Positions 12,945 through 25,760 of a stretch of 64,000 nucleotides of DNA are shown here, one piece after another. Both the position numbers and the translations under genes were made by a program. The notes beneath the pieces were generated by a model. The model saw nothing but the letters and a program-made list of their open reading frames with translations, had not been told where the DNA came from and made no database searches. Where the stretch lies: positions 15,624,001 to 15,688,000 of the forward strand of contig OX597840.1 in NCBI GenBank assembly GCA_951406725.2. Direction: 5' to 3'. The stretch is from Octopus vulgaris. Its lineage: Eukaryota. The first letter of the stretch is position 1; each line of letters opens with the position of its first letter.

Positions 12945-13680
12945 GGCAGAACTGTTAGGACGTCAGGCAGAGGTCGACTTTTATCTTTTCAGGCTTGATA
13001 GAATAAGTACCATCTGAGCACTGGGATCAATGCAGTCAGATTACCCTCTGTCCTGGAAATGCTGGCCTTGTGCCAAAATCGGAAATCAATATTCTTTTCT
13101 ACTCTAGGCACGAGGCCCGAAATTTTGGGGGAATGGGCCAATCGATTAGATCGACCCCAGTATGCAACTGGTACTTAATTTATTGTCCCTGAAGGGATGA
13201 AAGGCAAAGTCAACCTCGGCGGAATTTGAACTCAGAACATAAAGACAGATGAAATACTGTTAAGCATTTCACCCAGCGTGCTATCGTTTCTGCCAGCTCG
13301 GCACCTTGGAAATCAATATTCTTTTCTACTTTAGGCATAAGGTATTATATATTATTGTCTCAGTGGGCAAGTGTCTTCTACTATAGTCTTGGGCTGACCA
13401 AAGCCTTGTGAGTGGATTTGGTAGACGGACACTGAAAAGAGCCCGTCGTATATATGTGTATATATGTGTGTGTGTGTGTGTATGTGTGTCTGTGTTTGTC
13501 CCCCCCCAACATCGCTTGACAACCGATCCTGGTGTGTTTACATCCCCGTAACTTAGCAGTTCAGCAAAAGAGACCGATAGAATAAGTACTTAGAAAGAAT
13601 AAGTTCTGGGGTCGATTTGCTTGACTAAAGATGGTGCTCCAGCATGGCAACAGTCAAATGACTGAAACAAGTAAAAGAGT
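12945..13680. mobile_element. SINE cluster: family B (+, ~12945-13085), family B (-, ~13090-13305), 5'-truncated family A (+, 13364-13680)
   Basis: Matches to the family motifs described above. Confidence 0.75.
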
Positions 13681-13952
13681 ATTCATTTTTGTTACAACGC
13701 TTCGTATCCAAGATGTCAGTTGTAAACAAGCAAGAGATCGAAGCTGAAGAATGTTAATGGGTGCATATGCCATATAGTTCGAGGGTTTTTGCCCCTTCAT
13801 CAACACCCATCTAACCCCTTAATCATTCACAAACACACTGCTTAAACAGCCACTAAATACACCAAAGTAACATTACACCCGAAATATGGCTTATAAGTTT
13901 CCGTCTTCAGTCTCACTACAGTTCTATATTTAAGAGATGAGGAATTATGTGC

Positions 13953-14081
13953 TCAACGGATATTTGTCCTCGTCTTGTTTGTTGTTAACACATTTCTGCT
14001 GATATACCTTCTAGCTTTCCTCAGGTGTCTTGGGGAAATTGCGAACCTGGATTCTCATTTCTAAGGTATTTTTCAATGTTG

Positions 14082-14119
<38 letters not shown>

Positions 14120-14326
14120 ATTATTATTCTTCAGGTCACTGCTTGGAAGATTCTGAGTTCAATTCCAAGCAGTGACCTGAACAATAATAATAATAACAAC
14201 AACATCGAAGAATACCTTAGAGAACCTAGGTTCAAAATTTCCCCAAGACACCTGATGTAGGCTGGAGGGTATATCAGCCAAAACATTGTGTTAAGAACAA
14301 ACAAAATGAGGACAAATATCCATTGA
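13953..14326. mobile_element. Fold-back (inverted) Penelope pLTR-like repeat with a decayed hammerhead in each arm
   Basis: Arms are reverse complements around tcaggtcactgcttggaa|ttccaagcagtgacctga. The + arm at 14247-14292 reads GACAC-CTGATGT-A-GGCTG...CAGCC-AAA-ACAT-T-GTGTT. Confidence 0.7.
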
Positions 14327-14744
14327 ATGTAAATAATGTCCAATCTCACTGCTCGTTTACATCTGACATCTAATGTCTCAGATACGAAATATCATATCTA
14401 AAATCATTGCTGGCTAGAATTTCTGTACAATATCTGTAGTGATAATCTTAACAAGGGATTACTGTAGGCATTAAGAATACCAAGAGAAATCACAGATATC
14501 AGATGTAAGCCAACAATGAGACTGATGACGAAAAATGGGTAATGAGCCAGAAATATGGCACATAAACCTATTGCCCTTTTTCATCTTTGATTTGACGTCT
14601 TGGACTTGCAATGTTGTTACAAAAATAAGTGCTAGCTGTAATTTCTATAGAATATCTATTGAGATATTCTTCACAAGGGATTGTTATATGCATATGGAAT
14701 ACCAAGAGAAATTGCAAGAATGTGTACAGAAATATGAATGGTTG

Positions 14745-15025
14745 GGCTAGCAGGATGGCCTGCTGTGCTTACCTTGGATTGTAGGGTGACCTTGACTAGC
14801 GTCCGTGCCAGTGGCACGTAAAAAGCGCCAACCGATTGTGGCTGTTGCCAGCCTCCTCTGGCCTCCTTGCCAGTGGCATGTAAAAAGCACCCACTACACT
14901 CACAGGGTTAGGAAGGGCATCCAGCTGTAGAAACACTGCCAGATCAGACTGGAGCCTGGCTTCCCAGAATCCAGTTGAACCATGCTAGCATGGAAAACGG
15001 ACGTTAAACGATGATGATGATGATG
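14745..15025 (+). mobile_element. RTE LINE 3'UTR fragment with (GAT)n tail
   Basis: Matches 36760-37070. Confidence 0.8.
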
Positions 15026-15036
15026 TGATCCTAGAT

Positions 15037-15384
15037 CAAGGGTTCCCAACCATTTTTTATCTATGGACTCCTTTGATTACTATTTTTTTCTGGTAGACTC
15101 CTCATAGCCATTCACTGTTTAAAAACTAGTTTTATAGAAACTTCTTTCAAATTTCCTATTCTGTTTTTCATACATTAACTTGTGTCGGTTGAACTCTGTA
15201 AAACATCAGAGAAAGAAACCTAGCTATTTCTTGCAATACATAACAATACATATATCTAAAGTGAATGTTTTTCAGGGGCTTAAAATACTATTGTGGGTTC
15301 CCAATTTACTATTTTGTTGTGTGGACCCCCAAAAATCTTATATGAACCCTCAGAGGCCTTATGGACCCCAGTTGAGAACTTCTG
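15037..15384. mobile_element. hAT (Charlie-like) MITE
   Basis: Ends CAAGGGTTCCCAAC ... GTTGAGAACTTCTG. A related copy in the opposite orientation lies at 43054-43603 and a partial one at ~42650-42895. Confidence 0.65.
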
Positions 15385-15799
15385 CTCAAAATGGTCCTAA
15401 GTCAAATAAATTGTATGTTGGATGATGGTGGGGTTTGCATTGAAGATGTTAGATTGTGGGATTTGAGGGAGATTTGGCTGTTGTCTTTAGCAGATCGGAT
15501 TACCATGTTAGAGTTCACTCATTGATAGACACACAGAGTAATGGGTGGATAGAGAAAGAGGGAGGGAAAGGTAAGTAGGTTGGTGAGTGTCCATCCGTCT
15601 TCCATCCATTGAAGTAGATGGTAAAAGGATAGAAACAAACGGATAACATCTGTCAGATAAATCGGTAAATATGAGAATGATACATTGATTAAGAAATTGA
15701 TCCTAACAAACAGCTGAAGAGATCAAGGAACAGGAGAAGATTGAAAATATGTGTGTGCATGTGCATGTGTACATATATACGTGTGTGTGTGTGTGTATA

Positions 15800-16590
15800 T
15801 ACTCTTATATTCTTTTACTTGTTTCAGTCATTTGACTGCAGCCAGCCATGCTGGAGCACCGCTTTCAGTCAAACAAATCAACCCCAAGGCTTATTCTTTG
15901 TAAGCCTAGTATTTATTTTATCAGTCTCTTTTGCCAAGCCATTAAGTTGTGGGGATGTAAACAAACCGACATTGGTTGTCAAGCGATGGTGGAAGGACAA
16001 ACACAGACACACAAATACATACATACACATATATATATCATTATTGTTATCATCGTCGTTTAACGTATGCTTTCCATGCTGGCATGGGTTGGATGGTTTG
16101 ACTAAGGGCTGGTAAGCCAGAAGGCTACACCAGGCTCCAATCTGATCTGGTAAAGTTTCTACAGCTGGATGTCTCTAATGCCAACCACTGCATGAGTGTA
16201 GTGGGTGCTTTCAAAGTGCCACTGGCATGAGGGCCAGTCAGGTAATACTGGCATCGACCACACTTGAATGGTACTTTTTACATGCCACTGGCACGAGGGC
16301 CAGTCAGGCAATACTGGCATTGACCATGCCTGAATGGTACTTTTTACATGCCACTAGCATGGGAGCCAGTGAGGCGGCACTGGCAATGACCACGCTCGAA
16401 TGGTGCTTTTTATGTGCCACTGGCACTGAAGCCAGTCAGGTGGCACTGGCAATCACCACATTTTTATGTGCCACCAGCACTGGAGCCTATCAGGCAGCAC
16501 TGGCTATGACCACACTCGAATGGTGCTTTTTACATGCCACCAGCATGGGACAACTCAGGCGGCACTGGCATCAACCATGCTCAAATGGTG
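15800..16590 (-). mobile_element. SINE A 3' half (15800-16030) followed by an RTE 3'UTR fragment with ~66-bp internal repeats (16050-16590)
   Basis: Family motif matches. gccac(t/c)(g/a)gca recurs at 16218, 16284, 16350, 16416 and 16536. Confidence 0.8.
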
Positions 16591-16746
16591 CTTCCTCGAT
16601 TTCAGCTCTTCGTGTTTTCTCTAGCGAGTAAATAATATGTGGAAATTGACGATTTAAAAGTCTGTTATCAGCATATTGGCATAGAAATAATTTTCTTTAG
16701 CCCTTATTTATAAGTTGTATATATATATATATATAAATATATATAT

Positions 16747-18443
16747 CAGTGGCGTGCGGTGACTTCCAGGGTTGGGCATGCAATGAATTTCTTATTCCCC
16801 CCCGGCAATTTTTCAGTAAAAAAATTTTCGAATTCCTACGATTTACATATGGGAGATTCTGAATATGCAATCACCCCCGTATGACCTAGATTTAAAAAAA
16901 AGCGTCACCCTAGTACTATTTAAGAAGAGTGGTCCCATTGCGCGCGCTCCCACATCCACGCTGGCTAGTCGTGACTAGTCGATCGTACGACTATCTAGCA
17001 AAGTAAATAAAATTTTTAAACAAAATATAAAAAACACAAAAACACAAAGTAAATAATATTTTAAACAAAGTAAATAAAATACAAAAACACAAAGTAAGGA
17101 TCGGCTAGTCATGACTAGCTAGCGTGGATGCTCGGGTGCACGCACCGGGACCACTCTTCTTAAATAGTACCCATGATTTTTAAATTGTTTGCAATACTCA
17201 TCAAATTTGTTGAAATTCGAAAGTTCCATGAATTTAAACTCTTCTAAGGATGAATATCATGCTTTTATTTGGTCAACTATTGTACTGATAATTTTGTTAT
17301 AAAGCATTTTATAATGTCGTTAGGGCTCAATATATTCTCTGAATTCCGATTCCTGCATCGACTCCATATTTTTCCCCTAACATATAAAAGATTGAAAAAT
17401 TATCAAGTTTGTTTTCGAGTACAGTTCTAGTTTTATCTATTTGATCTTTACAATACACTATGTCATGACTTTTACTCTGGAGGATGTTAAATAAGACATC
17501 AGTAAAAGAAAAAATCTCACTGAATACTTCTAACAAAAATAAGAAATCAGGAGCTTTTAAAGTGTGTAAGAATCCAATTGCTGAATTTATGGTGGTATCA
17601 TCCCATGCTTCAGGATTTTCAATGATGTGCTCAAAAAGGCTGATTATGAAATGATAATTTTCCTTTGTGGTAATAATAAGCCGTGAGGAGTAATTCCATT
17701 GCTGTTGCCTTCGAAAATCTTTTTTTTAACAATGTTATCTAATGCATTAGCCCTTTTCGGTGTTGGTCTCCCACCGTTTATAATTAATTATTTTCCATCG
17801 AAGACTCTTTTCGAAAAACTATTTCTCAAAAATATCATTTATAACACACATTTCACTCATTTCGTAAAAGGCTGGTGGAAGCGCCGGTGTAAATTGTAAG
17901 TCAATTTCAAAAAGAGACAGAGAGTGGGTATCATGCGGTCACCTCATAGCATGACATACCACTGAGAGAGAGAGGAAGGGGGTACAAAATATTATGAAAG
18001 ACCTTTCCTCCTAGCATCTGTTTTATCAATTCACTAAGCGAGAGAGAGGAAGGAGGGACAAACTAAGAGACAGAGAGGGAGGTCATGCGGGTCTTCCCAC
18101 AGCATGACAAGCCACTAAGAGAAAGAGGAAGGGGATAAAAATATTTCAAATGCCCTATCCTCTTAGAATGTCTTTTAAACAAGTCACTAAGAGAGAGAGA
18201 GAGGAAGGAAGGACAAACTGAGACAGAGAGGGAGTGTCTGACATGCTGGTCTTGTCAATGCATGACTTCTAAAAACAGAAGTAGAGTCACTGAGAGAGAA
18301 GGGGAGACAAAATATTTCCAAAAGAACTGGACGGATTTTCTTTGAAACAAAGTAACTATTTTATCTAATTTTCCGATCATATGGATAAAAAAATCACAGG
18401 GCATGCAATGCATACCTTGCATACCTGAGAGTGCACGCCCCTG
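16747..18443 (-). mobile_element. Internally deleted hAT transposon (Tip100/ZMYM1-like transposase remnant)
   Basis: TIRs CAGTGGCGTGC / GCACGCCCCTG with ATATATAT on both sides (inserted in a TA microsatellite). Minus-strand remnant WNYSSRLI...FLFLLEVFSEIFSFTDVLFNILQSKSHDI. Subterminal GA-rich repeats at 17950-18320. Confidence 0.8.
16913..17170. mobile_element. MITE-like inverted-repeat element nested in the hAT copy
   Basis: ~70-bp inverted arms gtactatttaagaagagtggtcc...gactagtcgatc / gatcggctagtc...ggaccactcttcttaaatagtac around an A-rich spacer. Confidence 0.75.
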
Positions 18444-18666
18444 ATATATATATATATATATATATATATAGTATACATCCCCGCAACTTAATGGCTTGGC
18501 AAAAGAGACTGATAGAATAAATACTAGGCTTACAAAGAATAAGCCTTGGGGTTGATTTGTTTGACTGAAAGCGGTGCTCCAGCATGGCTGGCTGCAGTCA
18601 AATGACTGAAACAAGTAAAAGAATATAAGAGTATATACACACACACACACACGTATTTGTACACAC

Positions 18667-19066
18667 GCACAGGAGTGACTGTGTGGTAAGTAGCTTGCTT
18701 ACCAATCACATAGTTCCAGGTTCAGTCCCACTGCGTGGCACCTTGGGCAAGTGTCTTCTACTATAGCATTGGGCCAACCAAAGCCTTGTGAGTGGATTTG
18801 GTAGACAGAAACTGAAAGAAACCCGTCGTATATATATGTATATATATGTATGTGTTTGTGTGTCTTGTGTTTGTCCCCCTAGCATTGCTTGACAACCAAT
18901 GCTGGTCTGTTTACGTCCCCGTAACTTAGCGGTTCGGCAAAAGAGACTGATAGAATAAGTACTGGGCTTACAAAGAATAAGTCCCGGGGTCGAGTTGCTC
19001 GACTAAAGGCGGTGCTCCAGCATGGCCGCAGTCAAATGACTGAAACAAGTAAAAGAGTAAAAGAGA
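18667..19066 (+). mobile_element. Full-length SINE family A (reference copy)
   Basis: Head GCACAGGAGTGACTGTGTGGTAAG...GGTTCAGTCCC, internal (TA/TG)n, tail GACTGAAACAAGT(AAAAGAGT)n. Other copies: 19103-19262(-), 24716-25130(+), 27660-28215(+), 29744-30118(-), 43151-43444(-), 44190-44385(-), 47644-48039(-), 49885-49975(-), 53401-53560(+), 55799-56175(+), 56437-56710(+), 62594-62984(-), 63522-63790(+). Confidence 0.9.
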
Positions 19067-19260
19067 ATATATGCATACATACATACATATACATATGTAC
19101 AACAGGCTTCTTTCAGTTTCCATCTACCAAATCCACTCATAAGGCTTTGGTCGGCCCGAGGCTATAGTAGAAGACACTTGGACAAGCTGCCGTGCAGTGG
19201 AACTGAAGCTGGAACCATGTGGTTCGTAAGCAAGCTACTTACCACACAAGCACTCCTATG

Positions 19261-19318
<58 letters not shown>

Positions 19319-19951
19319 CATATATACACATATATATACATATATACACAGACACACACATATATTTGATATATATATTTTGAACATATATATGCATATA
19401 TGTATATATAATAAAATTTATCACATGGAAAATTTCTTGAGTTTTTTTTACATACACATTTATGTGTTGCTGTGTGTGTGTATGCGTGTGCTTGTGTATG
19501 ACTAGATATATAGGTAGATAGATGCATACATACATACACACCATATGTAACATATATATATATAGTTACAAATACATTATAAAATGATGGATGAATTGGG
19601 TGGATGGATGACAAACCAGTAAGATGAACAAATAGACAAACGGACAGATGATAGGTAGACAGCAAAAGACATAGAATGACAGAAAATATAGAGATATATA
19701 AGTGAGAGAGGTGGGTAAAGGAGAGGGTCTAGGGTTAGATGATGAGATAAGATTCTGAAGATGGTTAAAGCATTTGTTAATCCAATATGGATATTTACCA
19801 TTGTCTGGAGACAAACGGAAATGATGCTGGTGGAACAAAAGAATATAAAGGTTTCTTGGGCAATAATTATTACTCTTCCAAAGTCGATCACGAATTTGTG
19901 TCAGTGCCATCATCATCATCAGCAGCAGGAATAGTATTATTATTATTATTA

Positions 19952-20051
<100 letters not shown>

Positions 20052-20079
20052 CATTTTTATCATTATTATTATTAAAATA

Positions 20080-20294
20080 GCAAGCTGGCAGAATTGTTAG
20101 CACGCTGGGCAAAATGCTTAGCAGCATTTCGTCTATCTTCATGTTCTGAGTTCAAATTCCACCAAGGTCGACTTACCCTCTAATCTTTTCAGGATCAATA
20201 AAATTAGTTCAAGTTAAGCACTGGGGTTGATGTAATCTACTAGTCCTGAAGAATTTCAGGCTTTACACCTATAGTAGAAAGGATTATTATTATT

Positions 20295-20335
<41 letters not shown>

Positions 20336-20369
20336 TATTATTATTATTATTATTATTATTAATATTATT

Positions 20370-20402
<33 letters not shown>

Positions 20403-20492
20403 ATTATTATTATTATTATTAATATTATTATTATTATTATTATTAATATTATTATTATTATTATTAATATTATTATTATTATTATTAATATA

Positions 20493-20525
<33 letters not shown>

Positions 20526-20820
20526 ATTATAATTATTATTATTAATATTATTATCATTATTATTATTATTATTATTATTCCATCTTTGCCCTTTTCAAGC
20601 CTAGCCAGGCTCATGGGCCTGGTTTCCCGGTTTCTGTGGCGTATGTGTTTCCCCTAGCTGGATGGGATGCCAATCCATCACAGCATTACTCAAGGAACAG
20701 GAAGAGAGAGTGAGAGAAAATTGGGGCAAAAGAGTACAACAGGGGTCTCCACCCCCACCCACCCCCTGCTGGAGCCTTGTGGAGCTTTTAGGTGTTTTCG
20801 CTTAATAAACACACACAATT
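20080..20820. mobile_element. SINE B (+, 20080-20283) and SINE E (-, 20580-20820) tail-to-tail, sharing one (TTA)n/(CAT)n array
   Basis: The SINE E piece is the reverse complement of 57075-57300. Confidence 0.8.
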
Positions 20821-22012
20821 ATATATAACTAACCATTTACTTTTATAGTAAATCCTAACTTAACCCTTTAACATTCAAATTACTTTTTCAAACGTTGATG
20901 ATGTGACTATTGATTTTTTTAATGCGTGTACAATGTGAGAGGTTGGATATGGCCAGTTTCAACATGACACAGGTAGAATATTTGTGCTGGATATGACCAG
21001 TTTAAATACTAAATGATTAATATTATCTCACCTTTTACTGGAAACTGTTGTGGTTTTTATAAGAAACCTTGTGTCTCCTTGCAATTTTCAGGCTCTGAGA
21101 TTATGAGTTAATAATAAACACATGTAGATTCCTTGTTATGTTATATGTTTCTATACTGTAACCCTAAACACGAGGCGATATATCCACAGCTAGAATGTCT
21201 TTGATCCTACATCTATCCAGTTAGAGCTGAACCAGGGGTTAAACAACAACTACAACTAAACAACACTATGCCACCAAGAATGGCATCAAAGCCATAAAGC
21301 CATTACAACTGACCAACAAAATTGGCTTCAACAAGCTGCAGCAGTGATTGCTATGAGATGACTTAAATGAATTAAGGAGAAACACAAAGATTGATTAAAA
21401 CACTAATTAACTTCATTAAAGATTGCAATAATTAAACTGAAGAATTGAAGAACCCAAATAGCTGCAAAATATTATCCAACCCTGACGATTTCTTCAACAC
21501 TGGTGCTTAGTTACCATTATATGCTGATAATGTCTGAGAGAAATTCTTCTACCATAGTTGCTAGGATAGAGCAATGATCAGAATAATTTAAAGTCCCTTG
21601 CAGTATTCGTTCTAGTTGTTTACATTCTTAGTTCAAATCCCACTGACATTGTTTTTACCTTTCATCTTTTTGCAGTCAATAACTGAAACAGCAGTTAAGC
21701 ACTGAACAAGTTCCTTTAATTTCTCCTCTCGGCTCTTTCTCTCTCTCTCAGTCACAAATCCCCAACCACTTGTGGATACCCAATAGCTGATGGAGTGTCA
21801 CTCCTATGGAAGGTGTCTGTGCTATGCCAAAGTAGGATAAACACTAAGAAATGAAAACCAATATCAGTCATTGAATTAGTATTTTCTTCCACTCTCCACA
21901 ACAATTAACTAATGAATTATTAATTAGATTATTTTTACTTCACAATGCATTATGATGGCATTAGATATTAATACCAGGCCATTTTGCATTGTTGTTGTTG
22001 TTGTTATTGTTA

Positions 22013-22061
<49 letters not shown>

Positions 22062-22277
22062 GACGTCAAGCTGGCAGAATCATTAGCACACTAGATGAAA
22101 TGTTCAGCGGTATTTCACTCATCGTTACATTCCAAGTTCAAATTCCACCAAGGTCGACTTTGCCTTTCATCTTTTCGGGGTTGATAAATTAAGTACCAGT
22201 CAAGTACTGGGGTCGATGCAATCGACTATCCCTCTCCTCCAAAACTGCTGCCCTTGTGGCAAATTTTGAAACCATTA

Positions 22278-22650
22278 TTACTTCCACCTTAGCAAAGGTG
22301 GAGGTATCGTTTTCTGTCGCATTTATTTGATTGTTTGTTTGTCCATGGACAAGATATCTCAAGAACCACTGGATGGATTCAGATGAAACTTTCAGGGATG
22401 TTTGGCCTTATGACAGGTACGAACTGATTAGATTTTGGGAATTATCCAATATCGGACAAGAATTCTGGATTAGTTTTCCTGTTTTTTTACTTAATTTTTG
22501 AAAGCTGTCGGGTTCATTTTTAGTATTCTCATTTGTGAGAGCAGTCGAGTTTATTTCAGATATTCTCATTTTAAAAATTATCTCCAACTAATTGTTGAGA
22601 GGACATTGGTGTTGCCTTGGTGGAGGTTTGTGCTCTCTGAGTGCTCTTCT
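22278..22650 (+). mobile_element. Helentron-associated non-autonomous element (HINE/DINE-1-like)
   Basis: 5' TTACTTCCACC...GGTGGAGGT short inverted repeat, (GTTT)n, 3' subterminal GGTGGAGGT followed by the palindrome GTGCTC-TCT-GAGTGC. Confidence 0.6.
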
Positions 22651-23415
22651 TCTTATTGTTGTTGTTGCTGTTGTTAAGGCAGCAAGCTGCTGGCAGAATC
22701 ATTAGCACATTGTATGAAATGCTTAATGGTATTTCACCCATCACTACATTCTGAGTTTGACTCTCATCCTTTTGGGGGGAGGGGTGGTCAATGAATTAAG
22801 TACCAGTTACGCACTGGGGTCGATGTAATCAACTTGTCTCTACCCTCCAAAATTGCAGCCCTTGTGCCTTTAGTAGAAAGGATTATTAATATAATTATTA
22901 TTAATGAGAAGGCAATGAGCTGGCTGAATCATTAGCACAGCAAAAAGCTTAGTGACATGTCATCTGTCTTTACATTCTGGGTTCAAATGCTGCTGAGGAT
23001 AACTTTGCCTATCGTCCCTTTCAGAGTCAATGAAATAAATACCAGTTATGCACTGGGGTCAACTAGCCCTCTCCCCCAAAATTTCAGGCCTTGTGCCTTT
23101 AGTAGAAAGGATTATTAATATAATTATTATTAATGAGAAGGCAATGAGCTGGCTGAATCATTAGCACGGCAAAAAGCTTAGTGACATGTCATCTGTCTTT
23201 ACATTCTGGGTTCAAATGCTGCTGAGGATAACTTTGCCTATCGTCCCTTTCAGAGTCAATGAAATAAATACCAGTTATGCACTGGGGTCAACTAGCCCTC
23301 TCCCCCAAAATTTCAGGCCTTGTGCCTTTAGTAGAAAAGATTATTATTATTATTATCATTCTTCTTCTTCTTATTATTATTATTATTATTATTAATATTA
23401 TTATTATTATTATTA

Positions 23416-23590
23416 TTGCCTTTGCACAGCTTCTAACACTGGAGATGTACTACAGCGTCAGCTGTTCACTACCAGTGAACTAAGGTAACACCTCTTGTTT
23501 TTCGAGCACTTTCCAGAGTATTTCGGCAGTTCCAAGCAGTGCTGTTTTCTGCAAGTGCTCCACCTTTATTGCAGCCCCTATTTGTTCCTA
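23416..23590 (-). mobile_element. 5'-truncated R4/Dong-type non-LTR retrotransposon 3' end (second family)
   Basis: Minus strand reads EQIGAAIKVEHLQKTALLGTAEILWKVLE, homologous to QKIALLGTAHILRRTL at 61420-61475. Its 3' end runs directly into (AAT)n. Confidence 0.75.
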
Positions 23591-24334
23591 TGTTAAAGGC
23601 AGTGAGCTAGCAGAAACGTTAGCATGCCGGGCGAAATGCTTAGTGGTATTTCATCTGCCGTTACATTTTGAGTTCAAATTCCGCCAATGTCAACTTTGCC
23701 TTTCATCCTTTTGGTGTCGATAAATTAAGTAGCAGTTACACACTGGGGTCGATGTAATCGACTTAATCCCTTTCTCTGTTCTTGTTTGTTCCCTCCATGT
23801 TTAGCCCCTTGTGGGCAATAAAGAAATAAGATTCGTAAGCACGCTGAACAAAATGCTAATCAGCATACTGTCTGTCTTTATGTTCTGAGTTCAAATTCCA
23901 CTGAGATTAACTTTGCCTTTATCCTTTCAGGGTCAGTAAAATAAGTACCAGTTATACACTGGTGTCAATGCAATCGATAATCAACCACCCCACCGCCTCC
24001 ATCAAATTTCAGGCCTTGTGCCTATAGTAGAAAGGATTGGATTATTAGGGTAATAAATTAGCAGAATTGTTAGAGCATCTCAATAAGTGTACATTGTGGT
24101 ATTTGTTCCAACTCTGTGCATTCTGAGTTCAAATCCCACCAGAGTCCTGGTAGCACCATGCGCAAGCATAGAGTATATTACCCAGGATGGCCCTTCTGTT
24201 TGCTACTCCTGGACCCCACAAGAAACACATATTGCCTACAGTAGACCCAAAAGCATCACCCATTTAAAAGTACCACCCAGGGCAGACTGGCCCTACTGCT
24301 GGGCTCCCCACTCAAGCTACACTAGTGACACCAT

Positions 24335-25480
24335 GTGTCCTTGAAAAACACTTTATTTTGCATTGCCACAGTCCACTCAGCTGGCAAAAGTGAATAGTAC
24401 CTGTATTTCAAAGGGCCAGCCTTGTCACATTCTCTGTCACACTGAATCTCCCCGTGAGCTACGTTAAGGGTACATGTGTCTGGGAGTTCTCAGCCATTTG
24501 CACATTATTTTCATGAGCAGACTGTTCCATTAGCTGAAACCCTTGTCATCGTAACTGATGGAGTTCCATGCCTAACGATCTACCCACCTATCTACACTTA
24601 ATTTCATGTTGCTCCAGTTCACTCAGCTGGCAAAAATGAGTTGTAATTCAAATGGGGCCAACCTTGTCACACTCTGTGTCATGCTGAATCTCCTTGAGAA
24701 CTACATTAAGGGTACGCAGAGTGGCTGTGTGGTAAGTAGCTTGCTTACCAACCACATGGTCATGGGTTCAGTCCCACTGCGTGTCACCTTGGGCAAGTAT
24801 CTTCTACTATAGCCTCAGACTGACCAAAACCTTGTGATGGTAGATGGAAACTAGAAGAAGCCCATCATATATGTATATATATATATGTGTGTGTGTGTGC
24901 GTGCGTGTGTGTGTATATGTTTGTGTGTCTGTGTTTGTCCCCCCCACCCACATCGCTTAACAACCGATGCTGGTGTGTTTATGTCCCCGTAACTTAGCGG
25001 TTCGGCAAAAGAGACCAATGGAATAAGTACTAGGCTTACAAAGAATAAGTCCTGGGGTTGATTTCCTCGACTAAAGGCGGTGCTCCAGCATGGCCACAGT
25101 CAAATGACTGAAACAAGTAAAAGAATAAAGAATGTCTGTGGAGTACTCAGCCACTTGCACATTAATTTCTCAAGCTGGCCATTCCATTGCTCATATCAAC
25201 TGGAACACTTGTCATTACCAATCATGAGATTGTGTGTTCAATTCCTGGTGATGCATTGTGTCCTTAAGCAAGACTCTCTATTTCATATTGCCCCAGTTCA
25301 CTCAACTGGCAAAAATGAGTTGTACCAGTAATTCAAAAGGGAACCAACCTTGTCACACTCTGTGTCATGCTGAATCTCCCTGAGAACTACGTTAAGGGTA
25401 CACATGCCTGTGGAATACTCAGCCACTTGCATGTTAATTTCATGAGCAGGTTGTTTGGTTGAGTGTAGCAACTGGAACAC
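24335..25480 (+). mobile_element. Three tandem pieces of SINE family D, the middle one split by a SINE A insertion (24716-25130)
   Basis: Repeated CACTCAGCTGGCAAAA...CCTTGTCACA...GAATCTCCC...TTAAGGGTAC. Reverse copy at ~55640-55790. Confidence 0.7.
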
Positions 25481-25760
25481 TTGGGGTCTTAAACAACAGA
25501 GAGCCAGGCCAAGGGAAATGAGGTAAAAGAAAACTGTATATAAGCTTATTAGATGGACTTTACAACAGATGAACTTAAACAACACTACTTGTCTTTTTAG
25601 GGGCCCTGAAATAAGGCCCACTTTGTTGCAAATACATGGAGAGCCATTTGGAGTATGCTGTCCTTCTTTTCTTCCTTCTACTAGTCTGGGAGATGCTATA
25701 GCAATGGTACTGTGGCTGCTGATCACTCATCTCACACTCAGCCATTTAATTAACTTAGTC

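Larger units (their letters stand above)
22062..24140 (+). mobile_element. Head-to-tail cluster of ~7 SINE B copies separated by (TTA)n, including a 229-bp tandem duplication
   Basis: Heads at ~22062, 22678, 22910, 23139, 23598, 23830 and 24048. gagaaggcaatgagc occurs at 22906 and 23135. Confidence 0.85.

Noticed and set aside
14523-14565. CTGATGA...GAAA motif
   Set aside because: No convincing stems I-III, so not called a hammerhead.
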